Source of the DNA: Wallemia ichthyophaga EXF-994
Lineage: Eukaryota; Fungi; Basidiomycota
DNA: 32,000 bases
Direction: 5' to 3'
Assembly: GCF_000400465.1 (NCBI RefSeq)
Contig: NW_008806280.1
Span: forward strand, 60,001 to 92,000
Positions within the stretch are counted from its first letter, which is position 1. Every line of letters starts with the position of its first letter. Below the pieces are notes generated by a model, which was not told the DNA's origin, did no database searches, and saw nothing but the letters and a program-made list of their open reading frames with translations. The position numbers and the translations under genes were made by a program. Below, piece by piece: positions 9,866-18,500 of the stretch.

Positions 9866-10603
9866 TTATAATACATTGCTGCTCTTTTTAGCGTGCAAAT
9901 TATTTGTCGCCTGGCTAATTAGATTATTCTGGCTGCTATGAGGCGATTGGATTGGTGTTTGTAGTGGTGTTGAGCTTGTTGAGGATGTGGCTGGTGATAG
10001 TGCAGGTGTATTACTGCTACCATAGTTGAGTCTATTAAGTTTGCTTGATAATATACTTGGTGAAGAAGGTAATACTTCAGCTTCCACGCTTCTCTTCCTC
10101 CAGATATTGAATACCTTTGTGAACTTGACTATCTCTTGGGTTGTAACACGCACGTCGCAGCTGAGATATCCAAACAACTCTCTCTCCACTGCATTGACCT
10201 CCCTCTGTGAAAATATCTGTTGAGATGCTATGTACCAGCTTTGATTTGTGAATGAATCGTCGTTGAACATTTTGTTCGTGATCATGATAGCTGCTAACCA
10301 TAGCCTATGTCCTGAACTGCCTTTGGCGTTGGGGTACCTCGCCTTCAACCTCTGCAATAGGATCAACGCTGATAACGCCACCGATATATGTAACCTTGTC
10401 CTGTACAGTGCATAGTGGATGAAATCGCCGAGACTGACTATCGACTTTGATTCGGGGCATTCGAACAAACTGCTAACAAAGTTGGCTGCATCTTTTGAAA
10501 ACTCTTTTCCAGCATTGTACCTCTCCGAAGTCGAGCCAGAAACTGCAGCGGTTGAGCCATAACTAGCGGAGCAGTGTGTGTTGAAGTTATTATTTGAAAA
10601 CAT
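9866..10603 (-). CDS. Pho80/Pcl-type cyclin-like protein, ~245 aa
   Basis: First ATG at 10603. Cyclin box FIHYALYRTRLHISVALSALILLQRLKARYPNAKGSSGHRLWLAAIMITNKMFNDDSFTNQSW...VNAVERELFGYL, followed by a Ser/Thr/Pro-rich tail. Confidence 0.85.
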   Translation of the reverse strand: MFSNNNFNTHCSASYGSTAAVSGSTSERYNAGKEFSKDAANFVSSLFECPESKSIVSLGDFIHYALYRTRLHISVALSALILLQRLKARYPNAKGSSGHRLWLAAIMITNKMFNDDSFTNQSWYIASQQIFSQREVNAVERELFGYLSCDVRVTTQEIVKFTKVFNIWRKRSVEAEVLPSSPSILSSKLNRLNYGSSNTPALSPATSSTSSTPLQTPIQSPHSSQNNLISQATNNLHAKKSSNVL

Positions 10604-11892
10604 TTGTTGCTTTGATGGTTCGAGTTTGAGCTTTGGAATCGATTTTGACCTTACTTTAGTCACTCGGTCTCGATGAGTCGAAACTTCCCCACCAATTTGA
10701 CAGAGATTATTGTGGCTATTTTTCAAATTTTTGCTTCTAATCTGGTAAATTCGGGTGTCTGCATCTTAATTAGCTTCTCCTCTTCTCTCCCCGCTCACTC
10801 CTTGTCCTCGCCGACACATTTTCTCTGCGAAAAATTTGAAAATCTCGGAGTATTTCTCGAGGTACGTGCTAGAATGGTCTGTGATGTGACAAGCGGGGAT
10901 AATTGTGCTGAGGCGGCCATTTCAGTGCACTCAAAGCACGTGCCACCCCACACCCATTTCTCGGCCGTCTCATAAATAACCTCCGACTAATCAGCTTATC
11001 CAATATCTTACACTATGCATAAATCCGCAGTTGACAAGCGTTGTAAATAATACATTATAAATCTTATATTTTTTACATTATATCTATTAAATTTATACAC
11101 GCAGCGCTATAAACGGTGTACTCCGCAATACCATAGACCATTCTACGCGCGACAGACGCACTACGCACTTTTCGCAGTCTAGTCCAATTTAATCTAGTCT
11201 ACTTGCACAGCTGTGGAGTCTCGAGTCTCGAGCATTCGACGCGCATCTGCATCTGTCTACGTGCATTGCGGTGCTGCTCTAAAATTAATAAATTGGACCG
11301 TGGACTACCTACCACCCAAGTACCTCCCAAGTATCAACCTCATGCCACCTCTCGGCTGCATCTTCTCGCCCGCGCATGCCCTCGCATGAACCTCGCATAT
11401 GCCGAAAAGAGTCTGACGACAAGTTTCACACCCGTTCAACTCCCCGGCACCGCAGCTCTGCATGATGTGTGTAATCTGCGTGACTCATTTTGTCTGCTGA
11501 CCGTCTCGTTACGTGGCATTACATTGCATTTCTCGCCTGAAACTATCCGATTTGTGCGTCGCGCGTGTCGCATTTCGCCTATCGCCTTCGCATTTCGCAT
11601 CGCCCTTGGCCCGTCGCGTATCTACCCCGCCTCAGCTGATTTGCTTCTTCGCCTTGCGTCCCCGAGACAATCACAATCACACAATTGATAACTCGGGCAA
11701 GGCGATAATGATAGTGATGGCAAGTGGCAGGTGGCTGATGGAAATACCTGGAGCACATATGACCACGTTGATTAGAAATTAAACAGCACAAAACACAACA
11801 TGTCATTCCATATGCACTATATATATTCTCTTATTTAGCGTGTACACGCTCATCCACTCCCTCACAAAAGCTCCACCGCTCCACCTCCACAC

Positions 11893-12433
11893 CTAGAAAT
11901 TGAGTGATCGCAGATAATCGGCAAGCTCCTCGACAACCTTAGTCGCTTCGCCTGGGAGTACAGGAGCGTCGTATTCCGTGACGAGGATCGCCTGTACAGT
12001 GCGCACGATAACGCATCCATTAGGCTGTAATTGTGTCAATGTGGGCCATGACGTTCATGACGTTGCCACGGCACACTCACCCCCTTCTTCCCATACACCT
12101 TCCCCTCGTCAGCCTGAAGAGTGAAGAATTTCTGTCCATTGAGCTTGATGCCTGAAGCCTGCGTGGCTTCAGAGTTGGAGAAAGACCCAATGATCGCTCT
12201 CTGCTCTTCCGGAGTGAGCTGGAGGTTGTGTTAGAATGTACATGCACACTAAACTCCCAGCCCCGATCGCTACTCACTTGGTAACCTGCACTTATCGCCC
12301 ATATCCCGCCGTTCACTCCCATGATCGCGGCTCTGGATACCTTTTGCGTGCCGACAAGATTTCCATCTACGTATTCTGCGCTGCTTCAGTTGGCTCATAA
12401 ACACTCCCCTTCACACTCACGCTGCCACGACAT
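11893..12433 (-). CDS. PFY1: Profilin (copy P1, intact), 126 aa
   Basis: Exons 12433-12421, 12375-12278, 12218-12081, 12024-11893. MSWQQYVDGNLVGTQKVSRAAIMGVNGGIWAISAGYQLTPEEQ...SGIKLNGQKFFTLQADEGKVYGKKGPNGCVIVRTVQAILV...PGEATKVVEELADYLRSLNF*. Confidence 0.97.
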
Positions 12434-12594
12434 TTCTACTGTGGTATATGTGGTGGTTCAACCAAACGACGCACTCCAAGTGGGCCAAATGAGTCAAAAT
12501 TTACTGTAAGCACACGATAGTATTTATGGCTGCTTGTTTTGCTCTATTTGAACCCTTCTTTGTCGCACACATCGTTTTACATGTACGTCACTCA

Positions 12595-12624
12595 CTGCCA
12601 CTGCAACTGCAACTGCAACTGCAA
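12595..12624 (+). repeat. Hexanucleotide microsatellite (CTGCAA)x4 plus one variant unit
   Basis: ctgcca ctgcaa ctgcaa ctgcaa ctgcaa, upstream of profilin P1. Confidence 0.9.
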
Positions 12625-12673
12625 AATGGACATGTCAATGTAAATTTATAAGCTTATTCGTTGTACGCAACTA

Positions 12674-12960
12674 TTAGCCTGATCTTAACAAATTATCTCC
12701 TAGCCTCTTGACTGGGATGTTTGATTCAATCGAGTTTTGGATTTTGTCGTGTACAGCTATGACTATCACATTTTTATAGCGCGTCATTTTACTTCCAATT
12801 CTATCCTAAAATTAGTCAGCCTTAACTTTACTGTGTTAACTTCACCTACACGTGTACGTCCGTAAACCGATTTCCCAAAAAAACGAGACAGTTAATTTCG
12901 TACACCATTGAGCCTGTCGGTAGTACAATAAAAATCCTTATTCATCGAATAATATCTCAA
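12674..12960 (-). pseudogene. Profilin paralog fragment P2 (exons 3-4 only)
   Basis: RLNGVRN*LSRFFGKSVYGRTR|GTAGGT, a 44-nt intron (12849-12806), then an open exon ending VKRLGDNLLRSG*. Same intron position and phase as P1. Confidence 0.75.
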
Positions 12961-12978
12961 TCGTGAACTAACTACATT

Positions 12979-13498
12979 CTACTTTCCCAATCCTATAAAA
13001 AGACTACCATACTATCCAATATCGCGATGCTGTTACCGGGTTGTTATTGGTTAGACGTATTCCGCTATAACTACAATTGTGTTACAGGTCTTAATCACAC
13101 ACACATCGCGCTATTGATTCGTCAATGATCGATCATCGATCATTCACGGACAAGGATACCCACTCCGTCCCTGCCTAGCACGCTGTCTTCTTCAGCCCTC
13201 CTAATTCCGAATTTGCTTCCACTAAGCATGAAACCGTTTTGATATATTTCATCTGGGTTGCGGAATGACTTCAGGGTTTTTTCTGCTCTGTCTCGTTGAA
13301 CTGAGAAGGCGTTAACGGGTACACGTTGCTTGATCAAACGCCACCATTCGTCTCGAATCCCGGACTTGAATCCAAAGTACCTTCATACTTACTAACAATC
13401 GCTGATCTTGCTACATGCCCCGATACAGCAATAATTTGGCCTAAATATGCTAATTTGTGTTAATCGTGTTTAACTATACACTTACACTGCCACGACAT
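12979..13498 (-). pseudogene. Divergent profilin paralog P3, C-terminally disrupted
   Basis: ATG TCG TGG CAG T|GTAAGT (MSWQSY). Exons 13449-13345 and 13300-13164 are open. Exon 4 has a TAA at 13053-13051 and two 1-nt indels before the ancestral end FIGLGK* (12981-12979). Confidence 0.8.
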
Positions 13499-13650
13499 GC
13501 TTGTTTTGCGAAAATTTTCCTACAATCAAAGCGAAATTCACTTAACATTGAAACTTTACGAGCAGCTGGCTGAACACTTAATTGAAAATTTCATCAGCCT
13601 CACACACCAATCTATGTACTATTTATATCGCAAAAATGTAACAAACTTAT

Positions 13651-14177
13651 TCAATAACGCACCAATTTCTCAACCAGATCCGATACATATCCTTCAACTG
13701 TACCGATCTTTGCTTCTTCGGTGAAAAATGCGATAATATTCACGTTATCCGACGACGAAATGAGGCAAAATTCATGCTTTCCTTAAAAATAATCAGCGTT
13801 GACGTGGTATTGTTAGAAAACCCTACAGTCTGGCAAATTCCGAGCAACGTCAGCTTGAATAGATGAAGTGAAACTTCCTCTCCATTAATCTTGATAGAGC
13901 GTAATATATTTGAAAATTGAATCGATGGAAAAGTGCGTAACTAGTTTTTGATCTTCTCCACTTATTTATGCTAGTTATTAACGTATTGAGATTGCTCAAA
14001 CATCATTAAACACCTCAAATTCCGAACTGGAAGCCAATTGCCTCCATCATACTTAATAATAGTTGCATCTTTTATGAGGGAATACACGAGTTTCTCAACC
14101 TTATCCATTCCATCTTAGTCTTCGTACTAAAATCTTCAAGATACACACTAACACTACCAATCAACTCCTTCAGACAT
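13651..14177 (-). pseudogene. Divergent profilin paralog P4
   Basis: MSEGVDW*|GTTAGT; DATIIKYDGGNW(-1)ASSSEFE|GT; ISGEDQKLVTHF; IKING; open last exon HEFCLISSSDNVNIIAFFTEEAKIGTVEGYVSDLVEKLVRY*, which is colinear with P1 exon 4. Confidence 0.7.
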
Positions 14178-14249
14178 GATTGTTATTAATAATCGTCAAT
14201 GAACCAGTTGCGTGTCTCATGACGGATTAAGTTGAATTGAATAATTCAA

Positions 14250-14575
14250 GTTTTGAATGTGAAACTAGGTGAAACGCACCATGAATCACTCCAGTTGCAT
14301 CTCCTCGAACAACTCCTCGTATACGTCAATTGTCACAGCTAAGACAATGAACATAACCTATTCAGAGCGCAATTATACATTCATTTGCACTCTCAAATGA
14401 AACAGCGATAACTTTACAGGATATCCAACACCTACACCTCCCCGTCCGTAAAAAATTCATAAATAGATAGGTGTATCACTTTAAGCCATCGAGCCTGATT
14501 GTAGATGCCATTGTAAATTCAAAGTTGTCTTTGAATGGGATCATTGTGGATTTTGTTCATTTTCTATCTGATCTG
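14250..14575 (-). pseudogene. Profilin paralog fragment P5 (exons 3-4, decayed)
   Basis: ASTIRLDGLK*YT (P1: ASGIKLNGQKFFT), YGRGG|GTAGGT (P1: YGKKG|), ANECII, and VVRGDATGVIH (P1: VLPGEATKVVE). Confidence 0.6.
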
Positions 14576-14590
14576 AGAACAGAATCAACT

Positions 14591-15464
14591 TTAAACTCGA
14601 TTAATTGAAACAATTTTAACGTTACAAACAGGGCAATTCAAGTAGCTGCTCAAATAGCCCACTAAACACGCATAATCGTATACGTGTCCACATTGCGCTG
14701 CATACGAAACTCCGATATCGTTATTACAGCACACAGCACACCGACTAACACCATCGCCGTGCTCTTGCGTTACAGGCAGGGTTCTACGAGGTGTGAGTGT
14801 GCTCCTGCTTGTATAAACGCTGTAAACGAATTCCTGTGTTGTAATAATTCAGCATTGCACCTCACCCTGCCTTGTCGAATAGATACGCACAGTCATTACA
14901 CTCCAGACTAGCTGCCGCTGCGTGAATTCGAGGTTGATGTTGGTGACGCACCCGCTCCCCTCCACTCCCAATCCCAGCATTCTCTCGCTCAGATTCGCAT
15001 AGCGTCCACCGGCAACAAAGACAAGCCAATTCGCAAGCCCTGCTGCATCGGCCACCCTCTCTGCAACTTCCAGTAGTGACGCTAGACGGCGCTTGACGTG
15101 GTATCTAGATAGACTGCTCCAGTCCTCCACTGCCACCTTGTCCTTCAGCTTTCGGTGTGCGTATGGGATTATAACACGAGTCATGACATAGAGAAGACTG
15201 GAAATTGTGTTTAAATTAGTGTATTTGAGCAAATGCAGATCCATTCCGTATATGCTCTTGAACGCTCGCAGATATTTCCACATGTAAACACTCCGTATCA
15301 ACGTCGTTATCTCATCTGCGTTGTTCATCTCGAAACCATTGAGCTGAGTGCTAGCCAATAAAGACACTCACCCCTAACACCCTCAGCGCTTCAACCACAG
15401 GTCGACTCAGTCCTCGCACCACCTCCTCGTCTAGCTCCTGTCCATCTAATCGCTGCACCCTCAT
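14591..15464 (-). CDS. PEX2: Peroxisomal RING peroxin Pex2, ~257 aa
   Basis: Exons 15464-15372, 15328-14891, 14833-14591. MRVQRLDGQELDEEV, WLVFVAGGRYANLSERMLGL, NLEFTQRQLVWSVMT-EF, and a C-terminal RING CAVC...CGHVYDYAC...CPVC. The first acceptor is uncertain (GAG). Confidence 0.85.
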
Positions 15465-15559
15465 GACGCAAGTTTGAGAAACGAAATAAATGTATTTACA
15501 TTAAATTAGATGGAAATTTATTACTAGTCATAATTAAGCTAAATGAATGCCTGTTTATT

Positions 15560-18500
15560 TCATGCAAACCCGAATCCTGTATTGCCCTCGTGGATTGCCG
15601 TCAATATCTGTCTGCGAAGTGCCTCGTACGACGAATATGGTCCTAAATCTAGTTGATTGACTATACCTTTGATTAGTAAAGTAAATGTAGAAATCCAACA
15701 AAACTCACAGCATGTGTGTGCAGCAGGCAGTCTATCTTCTGCACCGTACGCCTTGTGAATGTTAAATCTCTGTGTGCCTTGTGATCCCTGTAGTGCACCA
15801 AATCCTTCGAGCGGTACACGAGATGAACCAGTTGCAAACTGCAAGAACGATGCTTTCTGTGTTGAGTCGAATGACCTCAGCACCCTCCAGAACCAACCGA
15901 TCACTGGATCTGAAGGTGTGAATCCATGGTAGTCTGTCTGGTTCTTCCACGCATCGACATCAATATCAGGTAAACCAGAAATTAACAACTCCAATTCGTT
16001 CTCAGAGAATATCTTAACCAGGTCTTTCGGTATTATCTCGTGGAATCCTTCCAAGAAGCACTGAATCTGTCTCTCGATCGCTGTCGTGAGGCGGAACTCA
16101 GTTACAAGCTTGACATATTCCTTCTTGTTCTGGTCTGTTACCGGTATGTTCCTGCCGTTTGGAATTAAATCTATGATGTTCACTACACCGAACTCATCAT
16201 CCTCGATCGAGAACGTCAACTCGAGCACACCCTCCAAGCTATTCTCCAACATCCAGACGAGTGAGTTGTAGTAACTCAAATCAACACTCTCCAAATCCTT
16301 AAAGTCTACCTGTCTGCCCAGCATATGCTTGTAGAACGACCTCGTAAAGTACGCATCCAACAGTCTACCATCGTAGATAGCTTTACCAATGATACGTCCA
16401 ACAAACTTGAAGAAGTCCAAATGATGCTCATTTACGTACGACGCTCTATTTGGTTGATACGTCAATCTATCGGCATCACATGGCTGGAATAGTGCGTAAT
16501 TTGGATTAAACATCTGTTGGGCGAGTACTTGGAACCATTCACGGGCAACTCCACCTGCATCGACACCCTCTTCTCCGTGGAACTTGACTGACAACTTACC
16601 ATACTTAATCTCATCTCCAGACTTCCTCTGCAGGTACTGGAATGAGTCTGCGAAAACGTGCGAGCGACGGACGTTGACGTGCAGAGTTGGATATGTCTCT
16701 CCGCGCTTCCTTGCTCTCAGGCGCTGCATAAAGAAGCTTCTCTTGTTGTCAAACTCGAGAATGCGAGGGTTTTGTACGAGAAGTGAGAATGATCCACTCA
16801 TAAGTGCTGGATTATTGCGAACCATGATATTGATGATTTTCCTGTGCTCCTCTGTGAAGTCTATGAAAATATCCTCGATGCTCTCATTCGCTGATGGGGA
16901 TACTGGTGATCCCGTCATGCGCTTTGTTCTGAGTGCTTCTGTTTGTGGATTAACATACTTGCAAACCACCATAAGTGACTCGATGAGAGGTAAGAGAACG
17001 GTAGCGATATGTGTCATTTGCTCATTCTCTTCAATGATCTTGAGGTTTTCTGAGAGTTTTTGCCACACAGAACCAAACTAGATGTGTTGTTAGTTAACCA
17101 CCTCATGCACAAGTCAACACCTACGTTAAATGAATCGTAAATAGCGTTCACCTTCAACTCATTTGTCTTAGCCTCTTCTTGCGTTGCAGCAGGTGGCTCA
17201 GCAGTTGTTTGCGGTTGCTGGTTGATATCTTCTCTCATCAAAGAGCCAAGCACTTGACGAAGCGAAGATGGCCTTTCTTCACCAGATTGCTCACTATTTT
17301 CGCTCATCTCGCTAGATTGACCGAACATGTAATCCACAGTCTTCAACACTCTAAGCAGACGCGCCTGCAGTGATGAAGCTGGGAGGAACTTCTCCATCGT
17401 TCCAGCAGAAACATCGTCGCTCTTTTCTGCATTTCTGAGTGCATCACCGAGCTCAACAAGTTCACCGTTGAGCTGCTGACCAAAGTCTTGCGCTTTCACC
17501 TTTAACTCAGCCGCAATAACATCCTTTGCGTCTGGTACAAAGCTCAAGTTCTGGATCAGACTTAGTGTCTGCTGGAACGTTTTGCTGGTGCATTCGCCGA
17601 TCGTAAGTATGTTGACGACGTATTTGAGAACATGAGTAGGAATCTGAGGAGCAGTCTTTAGTCCCTCATCCTCCTTCTCATCTTCGGTCTTCTTGTTCTC
17701 GCCCTCCTTCTCTTTAGGACGAGGTGTAACGTTCGCGTCAGCTGGCTGTTGCTGAGGCTGCTCTTGCTGCTGTTCCTGAGTACCACTAGCTTCTGGTTTC
17801 TCGTTCTTGTCATCCTTCCTAAGCGTTGACAGTGGCTTTGTGACCGTCGCCAACAGAGTGGTAAACGTATCCATCATCATCTGCGTTTTGAAAACGGTTG
17901 GGCGATCAAGCAAACTCATCAACAGCACGATCGGGAACTTAACTGGTACTGTCTGCTTTTCCTTACCCTTGCTCTTCTTCGATGGTCTCGACCTCATGCT
18001 GCTTGAGAGATCGTGTTCAGTGAGGAAGAATGTCGAAGCGGCTGAGTTGCTGGAGACGAGAGTAGTGAGTGTCTCGAAGCAACGTTGGGCAAGCAGGTTT
18101 GGAATGGTCTCTGGAGGGATCTGCAGCAATATTGGACTAGCTGGCGTTTCTTGCGTGTGCTTGCGTTTGCTAGACACCTTACTGGTAGGAGTTGAAAGAG
18201 GTGTGGAGGCAGATGGCTTAGTTCCTTTCAAAGTCAATTGAGACAAGCTACGATCAACTGCTGGCAAGTCACCCGTACCTTCTTGCAAGATGTTCAGCAA
18301 CAACAACAACAGGTCGTTTCTAGAGCGAGAGTTTTCGATAAGCTGCGGTAATTGTTAGATGATAGGGAATCTTGTACAGATCTACCCACATTGGCAAGAA
18401 TCTTGAACAAGACCGATTTCTTGATTAGGTTTGGATAGAAAAGCAAACGTATCAAGATGGCCAATCCGCTCTTGTCGAGAAGCTGTATGGCATCCTTCTG

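Noticed and set aside
8233-10603. Adjacent F-box gene as the ligase for the neighbouring cyclin
   Set aside because: The WD40 repeats are beta-TrCP-like (DSGxxS degron), while the cyclin carries Cdc4-type TPxxS motifs.
10604-10726. TTG-started N-terminal extension of the cyclin ORF
   Set aside because: No recognisable similarity; the ATG at 10603 is more parsimonious.
11203-11688. 161-aa plus-strand ORF in the gap
   Set aside because: Non-ATG start, Arg/Ser/Pro/Ala composition driven by the TCGC repeats, and no recognisable domain.
13497-13724. 75-aa plus-strand ORF
   Set aside because: Antisense to the P4 end and the P3 upstream region, with no features.
13051-14156. Premature stops rescued by A-to-I editing
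   Set aside because: Editing cannot repair the accompanying indels, and stop-codon editing is known mainly from sexual stages of filamentous ascomycetes.
12674-14575. Profilin frameshifts as homopolymer sequencing errors
   Set aside because: Several indels sit in runs, but over 25 kb of neighbouring coding sequence, including TOM1, has none, and stops and missing exons co-occur. Raw reads should still be checked.
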